Part shown: piece by piece, positions 1 through 9,040 of the stretch
Numbering within the stretch: the first letter of the stretch is position 1
Layout: every line of letters begins with the position of its first letter
Assembly (NCBI GenBank): GCA_964426555.1
Contig: CAYRQJ010000005.1
Span: forward strand, 5,901-69,900
DNA from: an uncultured Candidatus Saccharibacteria bacterium
GTDB lineage: Bacteria > Patescibacteriota > Minisyncoccia > Phycocordibacterales > UBA9973
Length of the DNA: 64,000 nucleotides
Direction: 5' to 3'
Made by a program: the position numbers and the translations under genes
Notes under the pieces: generated by a model
The model's input: the letters and a program-made list of their open reading frames with translations, nothing else
Database searches by the model: none
Told to the model about the DNA's origin: nothing

Positions 1-835
1 TACTCAGGATCCAGATGAAATAATAAACATTGTACAAAATATTTCACCAGTTTTTGGAGCAATAAATTTGGAAGACATATCCAGTCCAAGATGTTTTCAT
101 ATTGAACAAGCTTTACGTGAAAAATTAAATATTCCAGTAATGCATGATGACCAATGGGGTACAGCTACAGTTGTTTTGGCTGGTCTTATAAATTCTTTAA
201 AGTTAAAAAATTTAAATTTATCAGACGCGCGTATTATTGTTTCTGGTCTTGGTGCTGCTGGGGTTGCCGTATCAAGATTACTTTTTTCAGCTGGTGCAAA
301 ATATATTAGTTTTGTAGATAGTCATGGAATAGTAAATAAAAATCGCACAGATTTAAACAAAGAAAAAATTGAACTAATTGAAAAATCAAAATCAAATCCA
401 ATTGATGGGCAATTAGTGGATGCTATTAAAGACTGTGATGTGTTTATTGGGCTTTCAAAACCTGGGGTATTAACTGCTGAAATGATAAAGTCTATGAATA
501 CTGAACCAATTATTTTTGCATTAGCTAACCCAACTCCTGAAATAATGCCAGACATTGCTAAATCAGCTGGAGCATATGTTATTGCAACTGGACGTAGTGA
601 TTTTCCTAACCAAGTCAATAATGCATTGGTATTTCCTGGTATATTTAAAGCTGCTTTGTCTGTCAATGGTTGCCAGTTTACTGACGAGGTTTTTATAAAC
701 TGTGCACATGCATTGGCGAATATTATTACAGAACCAAAGGAAGATTATATAATCCCAAGTCCATTTGATGAACATGTGGTAAATGCAATATATGATTCTG
801 CTCGCGAAATCTTCCTAAAACAAGTAAATAAATAA
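1..835 (+). CDS. NAD(P)-dependent malic enzyme, C-terminal part (5' end lies outside window)
   Basis: Reading frame is open from position 2. The translation contains the GAINLEDI and GLGAAG (Rossmann) motifs of the malic enzyme NAD-binding domain. ORF-track entry 68..835 is only the first in-frame Met. Confidence 0.8.
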   Translation, partial: TQDPDEIINIVQNISPVFGAINLEDISSPRCFHIEQALREKLNIPVMHDDQWGTATVVLAGLINSLKLKNLNLSDARIIVSGLGAAGVAVSRLLFSAGAKYISFVDSHGIVNKNRTDLNKEKIELIEKSKSNPIDGQLVDAIKDCDVFIGLSKPGVLTAEMIKSMNTEPIIFALANPTPEIMPDIAKSAGAYVIATGRSDFPNQVNNALVFPGIFKAALSVNGCQFTDEVFINCAHALANIITEPKEDYIIPSPFDEHVVNAIYDSAREIFLKQVNK

Positions 836-851
836 AATTTTGTGATTTTTA

Positions 852-885
852 CCTCCTTGATAAAGGAGGGTTAGGGAGGATTTTT
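852..885. repeat. GC-rich hairpin repeat (CCTCCTT-GATA-AAGGAGG + GTTAGGGAGGA + T5), member of a dispersed hairpin family
   Basis: Perfect 7-bp stem followed by a partial direct copy of the 3' arm and a T-run. The same architecture recurs at 41309, 41692, 48625 and 52025. Confidence 0.5.
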
Positions 886-891
886 ATATGC

Positions 892-897
892 TATAAT
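892..897 (+). promoter_or_regulatory. Extended -10 element (TGcTATAAT) 8 nt upstream of the ATG at 906
   Basis: tatGcTATAATccatttacATG. Same arrangement is seen at many genes in this window. Confidence 0.4.
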
Positions 898-905
898 CCA
901 TTTAC

Positions 906-2567
906 ATGACCCAAGATGACGCATTACAAATCTTAAAAACAGGAGCCAATGTATTCCTAACAGGGGAACCGGGTAGTGGTAAAACTTATACTTTAAACCA
1001 GTATATTGATTATTTAAAAGGGCATGGTGTATGTCCTACTATAACCGCCAGTACTGGTATAGCTGCAACGCATGTTAGTGGAATAACAATTCATTCTTTT
1101 CTTGGTCTAGGTAGTAGAAAGGAATTTTCAGTTTACGATATTGAAGCCATTGCCACAACTGAACGAATTGTAAAAAAAGTTAGTAAAGCCAAAGTTCTAA
1201 TAATTGATGAAATTTCAATGCTTTCTGGCTCTACACTAAATGCAATAGACCAAATCTTAAAATCAATTCATGGTAATAATGATGCATTTGGGGGGATTCA
1301 AGTTGTATTAGTAGGAGATTTTTTTCAACTACCACCAATAACAAATTTTAACGAAGAAGTAAATTTTGCATTTCAAAGTTCTTCTTTTCGAAATGCTAAT
1401 TTTGTTACTTGTTATTTAGAAGAACAGCATCGGCAGTCTTCAGGAGAATTGCTAGATATTTTATCTGCTATTCGGGAAAATAATATTAAAGATATTCATA
1501 GAAAAATCTTAAACAATAAAATAAAAGATAAATTAGTAATAAATGATGATACAAAATTATTTACACACAATAAAAATGTTGATGCTATTAATTTAGTTGA
1601 ACTAAAAAAAATATCTGGCAAAACTCATACTTTTAAAATGACAAATAAAGGTAAAGATAGTTTAGTTGATGCTCTAATTCGGGGGTGTCTCTCACCTGAA
1701 ATTCTAGATTTAAAAATTGGAGCCAGAGTAATGTGTACTAAAAATAATACTCAGCGCGGTTTTGTAAATGGAACAATTGGAACCGTGGTTTCTTTTGGTT
1801 ATGGTAATGATTATCCTATTATCCAAACCAAAAACGGTGAAGAAATTTTAATAGAACCAATGACTTGGCAAATTGAAGAAGATGGTAAAGTAAAAGCAGA
1901 AATTACTCAGGTTCCGCTAAGACTGGCTTGGGCGATAACTGTACATAAATCTCAAGGTATGAGTTTAGACAGCGCTAGTATTGATTTAACTAATGCATTT
2001 GAATATGGACAGGGTTATGTGGCATTGTCTCGTGTTAAAAACATTAATGGTTTAAATTTGCTTGGTTTGGGAGACAAGTCATTGCTTGTTCATCCTGATG
2101 TACTAAATATAGACGAATATTTTAAAAATGAAAGTTTGAAAACTGAATCATATTTAATAACTGTCCCAGTAGCTGATTTACAGGTTTTATTTGATAAATT
2201 TATTATTTATATTGGTGGGTCACTAAAGAATACTGGTATTGTAGAAAAAAATCGTGATACTTATACTAAAACTTTAGAATTAATAAAAAATAATTCTAAT
2301 TTAGAAGAAATAATAAGAGAAAGAGATTTAAAACTGGGAACAATAATAGACCATATACATGTTTTGTATGAAAAAGGGGATATTACAATGCATGAAATTG
2401 TTAACATTGTGCCAGTCAAATTAATGAATGATTTAAAGAAAGTCTATAAAGCGTTTGATGAGTGTGGTACAGAAAAATTGTCTCCAGTTTTTGAGTTTTT
2501 AAATAAAAAGATTAGTTACGATGATTTAAAATTATTAAGAGTTCTTTATAATGCTTCATATAAATAA
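906..2567 (+). CDS. PIF1/RecD-family ATP-dependent DNA helicase with C-terminal HTH-like extension
   Basis: Walker A motif GEPGSGKT. Helicase motifs LIIDEISML, VLVGDFFQLPP and ITVHKSQGMSLD. Confidence 0.8.
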   Translation: MTQDDALQILKTGANVFLTGEPGSGKTYTLNQYIDYLKGHGVCPTITASTGIAATHVSGITIHSFLGLGSRKEFSVYDIEAIATTERIVKKVSKAKVLIIDEISMLSGSTLNAIDQILKSIHGNNDAFGGIQVVLVGDFFQLPPITNFNEEVNFAFQSSSFRNANFVTCYLEEQHRQSSGELLDILSAIRENNIKDIHRKILNNKIKDKLVINDDTKLFTHNKNVDAINLVELKKISGKTHTFKMTNKGKDSLVDALIRGCLSPEILDLKIGARVMCTKNNTQRGFVNGTIGTVVSFGYGNDYPIIQTKNGEEILIEPMTWQIEEDGKVKAEITQVPLRLAWAITVHKSQGMSLDSASIDLTNAFEYGQGYVALSRVKNINGLNLLGLGDKSLLVHPDVLNIDEYFKNESLKTESYLITVPVADLQVLFDKFIIYIGGSLKNTGIVEKNRDTYTKTLELIKNNSNLEEIIRERDLKLGTIIDHIHVLYEKGDITMHEIVNIVPVKLMNDLKKVYKAFDECGTEKLSPVFEFLNKKISYDDLKLLRVLYNASYK

Positions 2568-2605
2568 ACTTGCAGGATTAAATAAATTACAGTATATATA
2601 AATGT

Positions 2606-3679
2606 ATGATAGTTAATTTATTTGAACAATATTTAAAAGCATTAACCGGGCAAGATTTCTTGTTTGTCTTTATTTCGGTTTTTATTGGTTTTGGTTTAGG
2701 TTTTTTATTTGAGAGAGTTATTTTAAAATTAATTAGTAAAATATTATCTTTTATTCCTAAAAAAATTGGTGAATCTATCAGCCATTCTTTAAAGTTCATG
2801 CCCATATTTTGGGGTATTATTTTAGGGCTATATTTTTCTTTGAAACATATTGGAATGGGTCCAAAAATGACTTTTGCAGTTAGAGAAATTTTAATAGTTT
2901 GTGCAACTTTGTCTATTGGTTTTGTAATATCTAGATTTTTTGCCGCTAGGATAAAGTATAAAGCCCAAGAATCAGACAGTGTAATTGTGTCTACTAGTAT
3001 ATTCGGTAATATTATAAAAGTTTTAATTTTGTTTATTAGTGTATTGGTTGCACTACGAATTTTAAATGTACCAATTGGTCCAGCATTAACTGCACTGGGT
3101 GTTGGGGGAATAGCAGTAGCGTTAGCTTTAAAAGATACATTAGAAAATTTCTTCGGAGGGTTACAAATTATTTTTTCAAAGCAAGTTCGTATTGGTAACT
3201 ATATAATGCTTACAACAGGAGAAGAAGGCTTTGTACGAGATATTACTTGGCGTAATACCAGTATTGAGACTCCGTATAATACAACTTTGATTATTCCAAA
3301 TTCCAAATTATCTAGCGCGTATGTTACGAATTGTTCTGTGCCAGATGAATCTACAATTAGTAGAATAAAATTTATTGTCTCAGCTTATGCTGATGTAAAT
3401 AATGTAGAAAAAATTACTACAAATATTGCGAATAAAATTCAAGATAGCTCTATTTATAAAAGCAGTCACGAATATAAGCCATTTGTGCATTTACGTGATT
3501 TGGGGCAATTTGGGCAAGAATGGTGGGTGTATTTATTAACAGACCATGCTGAAAATATAAATAGAATAAGACATGAATTCTTAAAAGAGCTTATATTTGA
3601 ATTTCAAAATCAAAAAATAGAGCTTTTCCCGGTAGGAGAAGACCGAAAATACCAAGAATCAAGGCAGCCTTTGGTATAA
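2606..3679 (+). CDS. Small-conductance mechanosensitive channel (MscS family)
   Basis: N-terminal TM helices. MscS-domain stretch LKDTLENFFGGLQIIFSKQVRIGNYI. Confidence 0.8.
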   Translation: MIVNLFEQYLKALTGQDFLFVFISVFIGFGLGFLFERVILKLISKILSFIPKKIGESISHSLKFMPIFWGIILGLYFSLKHIGMGPKMTFAVREILIVCATLSIGFVISRFFAARIKYKAQESDSVIVSTSIFGNIIKVLILFISVLVALRILNVPIGPALTALGVGGIAVALALKDTLENFFGGLQIIFSKQVRIGNYIMLTTGEEGFVRDITWRNTSIETPYNTTLIIPNSKLSSAYVTNCSVPDESTISRIKFIVSAYADVNNVEKITTNIANKIQDSSIYKSSHEYKPFVHLRDLGQFGQEWWVYLLTDHAENINRIRHEFLKELIFEFQNQKIELFPVGEDRKYQESRQPLV

Positions 3680-3803
3680 TGCAATTAATTTTTAATTGTG
3701 GTATTATATTTTTGTAAAAGAATCTGGCTATTTTTGTCTCCGAGCATAGTGTGTAAGGATACGAGGTGCAAGAGTTTACACATTATAAGGAAGCATATAT
3801 ATC

Positions 3804-4055
3804 ATGGTAACAAAACTTTTCATTGGTTCACTCGCTTGGGCAACTCGCGATGAAACTCTTATGAGTCATTTTTCAACTATTGGTGAAGTAGAATCAGCAC
3901 GAGTAGTAATGGATAAAATGACAGGCAGATCAAAAGGTTTCGGTTTCGTTGAATACAAAAACGAAGCTGATGCTGCAACTGCAATCGAAAAACTAAATGG
4001 TAGCGAGCTTGATGGACGTAATATTACAGTTCAAGAAGCTAAAGCTAGAGAATAG
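3804..4055 (+). CDS. RRM-type RNA-binding protein
   Basis: RNP2 motif LFIGSL and RNP1 motif KGFGFVEY. Preceded by a ~120-nt leader containing a GTGTAA/TTACAC stem. Confidence 0.85.
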   Translation: MVTKLFIGSLAWATRDETLMSHFSTIGEVESARVVMDKMTGRSKGFGFVEYKNEADAATAIEKLNGSELDGRNITVQEAKARE

Positions 4056-4067
4056 TAATTCATTATA

Positions 4068-4094
4068 AAAGCCCCCGCATGCGGGGGCTTTTAT
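4068..4094 (+). terminator. Intrinsic terminator (20-nt perfect palindrome GCCCCCGCATGCGGGGGC + T-run)
   Basis: 4071-4090 is a perfect palindrome followed by TTTT. Confidence 0.8.
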
Positions 4095-4095
4095 A

Positions 4096-4611
4096 ATGCA
4101 TAAATATGCAGTACAATATGTATATATGGATCAAGCAATAGATAATGAAAAACAAGTTCTTTATTCTTTTACTACAAAAGAACATACTTATTATGAAAGA
4201 AGTATAGATTTTTATTGGGCCGTTGGAATAATTGGTGCAGTCTTGGCAACACTGGCTTTTATCTTTAAAGATGCATTGTTTGGAATTTTGATTATTATTG
4301 GATTTTTCCTGTATGGTTATTCTTCTTACAAAAGACCAAAAGATGTAGACGTTATAGTGACTAATAAAGATATAACAATAGGGGATGATGTGTTTAATAT
4401 TGCAAAAATTTCTGCTTATAGAATTTTAGACATTGGCAACGAAAAAGATGTAGTTTTTTTAATTAAAAGATCTTATCAACCACGAGTATCGGTAACACTG
4501 CCAGAAGGAATTGCAGACTCATTAAAAAATGCGTTAAATCAAATCTTAGAAGAAGATACTACTATTGTGCCGCATGTTGGACGCAGGTTCATGGCACGAT
4601 TTAAGATATAA
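4096..4611 (+). CDS. Hypothetical membrane protein (2 TM)
   Basis: Long ORF with hydrophobic helices. No recognisable domain. Confidence 0.45.
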   Translation: MHKYAVQYVYMDQAIDNEKQVLYSFTTKEHTYYERSIDFYWAVGIIGAVLATLAFIFKDALFGILIIIGFFLYGYSSYKRPKDVDVIVTNKDITIGDDVFNIAKISAYRILDIGNEKDVVFLIKRSYQPRVSVTLPEGIADSLKNALNQILEEDTTIVPHVGRRFMARFKI

Positions 4612-4666
4612 AAAAATACAACCGCACCATTTGTGATGGCACGGCTGTCTTGGGATTTTCCAGATT

Positions 4667-4879
4667 TTAATGTCCACCGTGATGGTGTGCATATTTCTCC
4701 GGATTTTTTGAAATTTTCTTAAATGCTGATTTCAGTAAAGTTTCAGCCAAATTCTTGGCTTCTTTTTTACTGTATCCTGCATCTTTGGTTTGCTGCATTA
4801 GAGCTACCATGTTTGGGCCAATTACTTGCGCCGCATTTTGTTTTAGCATTTTTAATGCCATTTTTTGATTTTTTGCCAT
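4667..4879 (-). CDS. Small hypothetical protein with C-terminal His-rich tail (HHHGGH)
   Basis: 70-aa ORF with a Lys-rich helical body. The overlapping ORF 4767..4997 is judged spurious. Confidence 0.3.
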   Translation of the reverse strand: MAKNQKMALKMLKQNAAQVIGPNMVALMQQTKDAGYSKKEAKNLAETLLKSAFKKISKNPEKYAHHHGGH

Positions 4880-4933
4880 GTTTATATAGTTGAATACATA
4901 TTATAGCATATTTAGGTGTAAAGTCAAGGTATA

Positions 4934-4964
4934 CAAAAAAGGCTACATAATGTAGCCTTTTTTG
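4934..4964. terminator. Bidirectional hairpin terminator (A-run, GGCTACA-TAA-TGTAGCC, T-run)
   Basis: Stem at 4941-4957, flanked by A6 upstream and T6 downstream. Confidence 0.6.
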
Positions 4965-5053
4965 TATTTCGTCGTGAATCTTACAGATTCTGTACACCTT
5001 TCATATCGTACTCACTAAGTTCCGTGCGATATACTCAAGGTCAGCACAACGTA

Positions 5054-5084
5054 CAAAAAAATCCTCAGTAGTGAGGATTTTTTC
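5054..5084. terminator. Bidirectional hairpin terminator (A7, ATCCTCA-GTA-GTGAGGAT, T6). Terminates the minus-strand tRNA.
   Basis: Stem at 5061-5078 with flanking A-run and T-run. Confidence 0.65.
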
Positions 5085-5091
5085 GTCGTTG

Positions 5092-5163
5092 TGCTCCCGC
5101 TAGGAATCGAACCTAGATTTTGTGTTCCGCAAACGCATGTCCTATCCATTGAACGACGGGAGC
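5092..5163 (-). tRNA. tRNA, probable tRNA-Arg (anticodon GCG), 72 nt
   Basis: Minus-strand sequence GCTCCCG-TC-GTTC-AATGGATA-GGAC-A-TGCGT-TTGCGGA-ACACA-AAAT-CTAGG-TTCGATT-CCTAG-CGGGAGC-A. Acceptor and T arms are perfect (T-loop TTCGATT). The anticodon stem has one C·A mismatch. No CCA encoded. Confidence 0.55.
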
Positions 5164-5244
5164 GATTTGATTACAGTAACACAAAATTACTGCTTTTTCA
5201 AGGAAGTTTGGGGTGAGGTTAATTTTGTGCTATATTCAAAATAC

Positions 5245-5631
5245 ATGAAATATCTTGGCATAGATTATGGCAAAAAATATATAGGGCTAGCAGTATCTGA
5301 TGATTCTGGAGTTATGGCTTTTCCGTTACATGTTTTAAAAAACAATAAAACAGTAATTGCAGTAATTCAAAAAATTTGTAAAGAACGAAATATAGATCAA
5401 ATTATAATTGGTGATTCTGTAGACCAAAAAGGAGAAAAAAATGACATTGCAGAAGATGCTGAAAAATTTGCAAAAATTTTGGAAAAAGAAACCGGTTTAA
5501 AAATAGCTTACGAAAAAGAAGGTTTTACATCGGCTCATGCACGACATGGTGGTGGGGAAACAGTAGGTAGAATAGATGCAGCCGCAGCAGCATTGATCTT
5601 ACAAAGATTTTTAGATAAATTTAATAAATAA
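5245..5631 (+). CDS. ruvX: Holliday-junction resolvase-like RuvX/YqgF
   Basis: MKYLGIDYGKKYIGLAVSD N-terminus plus downstream acidic motifs. ORF-track start 5122 overlaps the tRNA, so the in-frame ATG at 5245 is preferred. Confidence 0.75.
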   Translation: MKYLGIDYGKKYIGLAVSDDSGVMAFPLHVLKNNKTVIAVIQKICKERNIDQIIIGDSVDQKGEKNDIAEDAEKFAKILEKETGLKIAYEKEGFTSAHARHGGGETVGRIDAAAAALILQRFLDKFNK

Positions 5632-5636
5632 TTTTT

Positions 5637-5963
5637 ATGATAAATATAGACACATTTAAACAAACAGAAATTCGCATTGGTAAAATTATCAGCGCAGAGA
5701 AAGTTGAAAAATTAGACAAAATTTTAAAACTACGCGTTGATTTTGGAGAATTAGGGGAAAGACAAATATTGTCCGGTATTGCAATGACATTTACTGACCC
5801 AGCTGTACTAGTTGGACGTCTTTGTCCTTTTGTTACAAACCTTGAACCAAGAATAATTAACGATCTTGAATCACAAGGTATGATATTGGCAATGAAAGAT
5901 GAAAATGGAATTGTCTTATTGTCACCTGAGCGTGAAATAACACCCGGTTCACTTGTTGGTTAG
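5637..5963 (+). CDS. Stand-alone tRNA-binding domain protein (CsaA/Trbp111/MetRS-C-terminal-like OB fold)
   Basis: IRIGKIISAEKVEKLDKILKLRVDFGE resembles EMAP/MetRS C-terminal tRNA-binding domain. Confidence 0.7.
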   Translation: MINIDTFKQTEIRIGKIISAEKVEKLDKILKLRVDFGELGERQILSGIAMTFTDPAVLVGRLCPFVTNLEPRIINDLESQGMILAMKDENGIVLLSPEREITPGSLVG

Positions 5964-5990
5964 TCTATATTTTTGCTATAATTGCCATGT

Positions 5991-7070
5991 ATGGCACACT
6001 CGAAACTTTTAAGATTTTTTCCTGTTCCACAATATATTGTGATGCCGTCTTTTGGTTTGGAAATTTCTGAGAGAACAGTAAAATATTTAGAAGTAAAAGA
6101 TAGTTACTTGGGCTTAACTGTTGGTAATTATGGGTTAGAACGTATCCCCGAAGGTGCTGTAGTAAAAGGTGTAGTTGTTGACCCATCTAAACTTGTTCCA
6201 GTTTTGGCTAATATTAAAAAAACTAAAGGCGTAAATGCTGTGAGATTATCAATTCCTGAAGAACAGGTTTATACTTTTCAAATTGATATTGAATATATTC
6301 CTGGTATGGAATTGCGTGACGCAATACTATTAAATTTAGAAGGTTACATTCCTGTTTCAGCAAGTGAGGTAGAATTTGATTATGATATTATTTCTCAAAT
6401 TGGTAATAAGATAAAAATCCAAGTTGCTGCAGCCGAGAGAAATGCAATAGAAAGTTATATAAATGCATGTAATATGGCTGGCATAGAAGTATTATCTTGC
6501 GAATATGAATGCCAAGCATTAGCCAGAGCAATAACAAAACCTAAAGAAAAATCAGTAATTTATATTATAGATATTGGGAGAGCATCAACTACGTTGTCAG
6601 TAGTGCAAGATGGAGTTGTTGTTTCTTCAAACACAATAGCTCGTGGCGGAGAAGAAGCTACAACTGCAGTTTCTGAAAAATTTGGAATTGACCGTATTGA
6701 TGCTGAAATTTTAAAACACAAAATTGGCATGAATGGTAAAGACGAATACAAAGAATTACCAGAAATTTTAAAAGCGTCGTATGCGCCACTTTTTGAAGAA
6801 ATAATTAGTCAGTACAATGCTTGGCTTTCTTATATAAGAGAGAAGTCAAATATTTATAGACCAATTGAATCTGTGCAAATATTTGGAACTGAAGCATTAA
6901 CTCCTGGAATTATTGATCTTTTTCAAGCTACATTTCATAAACCAGTTTATATGGCGAATGTTTGGACAAGAATTGAAGCAGTTAGTACATTTGTCCCTAA
7001 AATTCATTTTAATGATTCGTTAGTTTATGGTACAGCAATTGGACTAGCTTTAGGGGCTTTTGAAGTATAA
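5991..7070 (+). CDS. Type IV pilus assembly ATPase-fold protein PilM-like
   Basis: Actin-like fold signature (FGLEIS...). Followed by PilN-like and PilO-like genes. The ORF-track TTG start at 5982 is replaced by the ATG at 5991; an alternative ATG at 6043 is possible. Confidence 0.6.
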   Translation: MAHSKLLRFFPVPQYIVMPSFGLEISERTVKYLEVKDSYLGLTVGNYGLERIPEGAVVKGVVVDPSKLVPVLANIKKTKGVNAVRLSIPEEQVYTFQIDIEYIPGMELRDAILLNLEGYIPVSASEVEFDYDIISQIGNKIKIQVAAAERNAIESYINACNMAGIEVLSCEYECQALARAITKPKEKSVIYIIDIGRASTTLSVVQDGVVVSSNTIARGGEEATTAVSEKFGIDRIDAEILKHKIGMNGKDEYKELPEILKASYAPLFEEIISQYNAWLSYIREKSNIYRPIESVQIFGTEALTPGIIDLFQATFHKPVYMANVWTRIEAVSTFVPKIHFNDSLVYGTAIGLALGAFEV

Positions 7071-7072
7071 AC

Positions 7073-7621
7073 ATGATTAATTTATTACCACAAGACAGGA
7101 AAAACATTTTAAGAAAAACTCATAAAGCAAATTTGTTAGTAGCTTTTGTGACAATGTTTTCTTTTGCTATATTACCACTGGGTATAACCGCAGGGGTTTT
7201 ATCTTTTAGTGAATATATAAATTTAAATATTATAAAAAAAGATTATAACACAGCAAATGAAGCTTTGTTTAAAAGTGGACTTGGAGATGTAATCCAAAAT
7301 TTAAATAACACAAATGATAAAATAAATTTTTTAAAAAATGATTTTAAAAAATCAAAATCAGTGTATGTTATTTTAGAAAAAATTCTTTCTTTAAAACCTA
7401 ATACAATAAAAATTAATTCAATTAACTACGTTGGTGGTGAAAAATCAAATACAATTACAATTTCTGGGACCGCCGACAACAGAGACGCCGTAATTTCATT
7501 TGGGTCAATACTTTCTTCTAAAGATAATAAAATTTGTAGCAACATTAAATTACCCGTATCAACCTATACAAAAAAAATAAATGTACCATTTACAGTAAAT
7601 TGTGATGTTATTTATGAATAA
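7073..7621 (+). CDS. PilN-like pilus assembly protein
   Basis: N-terminal MINLLPQDRK (INLLP signature) followed by a single TM helix. Confidence 0.55.
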   Translation: MINLLPQDRKNILRKTHKANLLVAFVTMFSFAILPLGITAGVLSFSEYINLNIIKKDYNTANEALFKSGLGDVIQNLNNTNDKINFLKNDFKKSKSVYVILEKILSLKPNTIKINSINYVGGEKSNTITISGTADNRDAVISFGSILSSKDNKICSNIKLPVSTYTKKINVPFTVNCDVIYE

Positions 7622-8288
7622 AAAAAATATAAAAATTCATTTGGGGTTATCTATACTATTGTTTCTTTTTGTATGTGGAGCAATATTTTTTAGTTTAAAA
7701 ATTTTAAATAGTGCTACTTCAAAAATCTATGTTTTAAATAAAACAATTTTAAATATTAAATCTGAATCAGAGAATGAAACCAAAATAAAATCAGAACTTG
7801 AGAATTATGCAGCTGCTATTGAGTCTGTGGATAATCATATTATTACGAAAGAAAATGATGTTCCTAAGATTATTGAAAACATTGAATCTTTAGGGAATAA
7901 ACTTGGGTTAGATATTAAAATTGACAATATTTCGATTCCTGGAGCTCAGCCAGGCAAGGTGGGTGGTGTAGCCACAACTGATGATATTGAAAATTCAAAA
8001 AAGAATTCAATTACTGGAGTTGTAAACAGTATCCCTAAAAATCCATCAAAACCAATCATTGTAGATATGACAACCAATGGGTCTTTTGATAAATTATTTA
8101 AATTTATGTATTTAATTGAAAATAATGATTACATTATGAATATTCAAAGCTACAAAATAGAACAAGTATATGTAAATAGTTCATCTGATGGTCAAACTTA
8201 TTCTCCTGTTTTACAAAACATCGATCCAAACAAAAAAATGACTTGGCTTTTAAATATTAAATTAGTTATCAATACAGCAATAAAATAA
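7602..8288 (+). CDS. PilO-like pilus assembly protein (tentative)
   Basis: N-terminal TM plus coiled-coil region, and position after pilN. Confidence 0.4.
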   Translation: MMLFMNKKNIKIHLGLSILLFLFVCGAIFFSLKILNSATSKIYVLNKTILNIKSESENETKIKSELENYAAAIESVDNHIITKENDVPKIIENIESLGNKLGLDIKIDNISIPGAQPGKVGGVATTDDIENSKKNSITGVVNSIPKNPSKPIIVDMTTNGSFDKLFKFMYLIENNDYIMNIQSYKIEQVYVNSSSDGQTYSPVLQNIDPNKKMTWLLNIKLVINTAIK

Positions 8289-8289
8289 C

Positions 8290-8682
8290 ATGAATAAAAT
8301 TAAAGAATTAATCTTAAAATTTAAAAATAGAAAAAATAAAACCATATTAAAAATCCAAGATATGGACCCAGTTAAATATTGGAGAATTATTGTGGTTACA
8401 ATATTGTTTGTTTTGTTGTTTATTTCTGTATTATGCGTGTTGCTTGTATTTTTTGTACAAAAGGGGTATTTTGTTAGTAATGCTAGTAAAGAACAAATAT
8501 CTCAATTAAAAAATACAGAATTTAATTCAAAAAATATAGAAGACATTGTTGCAAAATTTAATGAAAGAAAGATTAATCAGGAGAATATGTTAAATTCAAA
8601 AGAAATTATCTTAGACCCAAATAAAAATACACCCGTAGCCCCAGCCCCAATTGTACCGGTTATTATAAATAAACAAAATTAA
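8290..8682 (+). CDS. Hypothetical membrane-anchored protein (pilus operon member)
   Basis: Single TM helix and Pro-rich C-terminus. Confidence 0.35.
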   Translation: MNKIKELILKFKNRKNKTILKIQDMDPVKYWRIIVVTILFVLLFISVLCVLLVFFVQKGYFVSNASKEQISQLKNTEFNSKNIEDIVAKFNERKINQENMLNSKEIILDPNKNTPVAPAPIVPVIINKQN

Positions 8683-8683
8683 T

Positions 8684-9013
8684 ATGGTTAACTTAAAAGA
8701 ACTTCAGCACGAAGTAATGCGCAACAAATTAGAAAAAGGATTTAATACTACAGATGTAGCTTTGGAATTTTGTCGTGCACATGAAGAATTGTCCGAAGCT
8801 TTTTCAAAATACAATAAAAATCAAGATGGTGTAGCAGAAGAATTTGCAGATGTTATGATTTTTATTTTAGGGATGTGTGAAACTTTGGGTTATGATTTAG
8901 AAACTGAATTAGTTAAAAAAATTGAGACAAACAAAAATCGTAAATATATAAAATCAAAATCTCCCGATGGTAAAGATGTTTTTATAAGAGTTAAGACTGA
9001 TATAGACCCGTAA
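8684..9013 (+). CDS. MazG-like all-alpha nucleoside-triphosphate pyrophosphohydrolase (single domain, 109 aa)
   Basis: EEFADVMIFIL matches the EExx(E/D) metal-binding motif of the MazG/dCTPase fold. Confidence 0.65.
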   Translation: MVNLKELQHEVMRNKLEKGFNTTDVALEFCRAHEELSEAFSKYNKNQDGVAEEFADVMIFILGMCETLGYDLETELVKKIETNKNRKYIKSKSPDGKDVFIRVKTDIDP

Positions 9014-9017
9014 ATAA

Positions 9018-9040
9018 AATCCCCTAAATAGGGGATTTTA
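9018..9040. terminator. Bidirectional terminator (ATCCCCT-AAAT-AGGGGAT) shared by convergent mazG-like and thyA-like genes
   Basis: Stem at 9019-9036 with flanking A-run and T-run. Confidence 0.7.

Noticed and set aside
4966-5060. Possible SRP RNA, tmRNA, or a second tRNA between the two terminators
   Set aside because: I could not find the SRP domain-IV motif (GGAAGCAGCC), a tRNA T-arm, or tmRNA tag/T-arm signatures. Left as an unassigned spacer.
5122-5244. ORF-caller 5' extension of ruvX
   Set aside because: The extension overlaps the minus-strand tRNA (5092-5163). The conserved RuvX N-terminus starts at the in-frame ATG at 5245.
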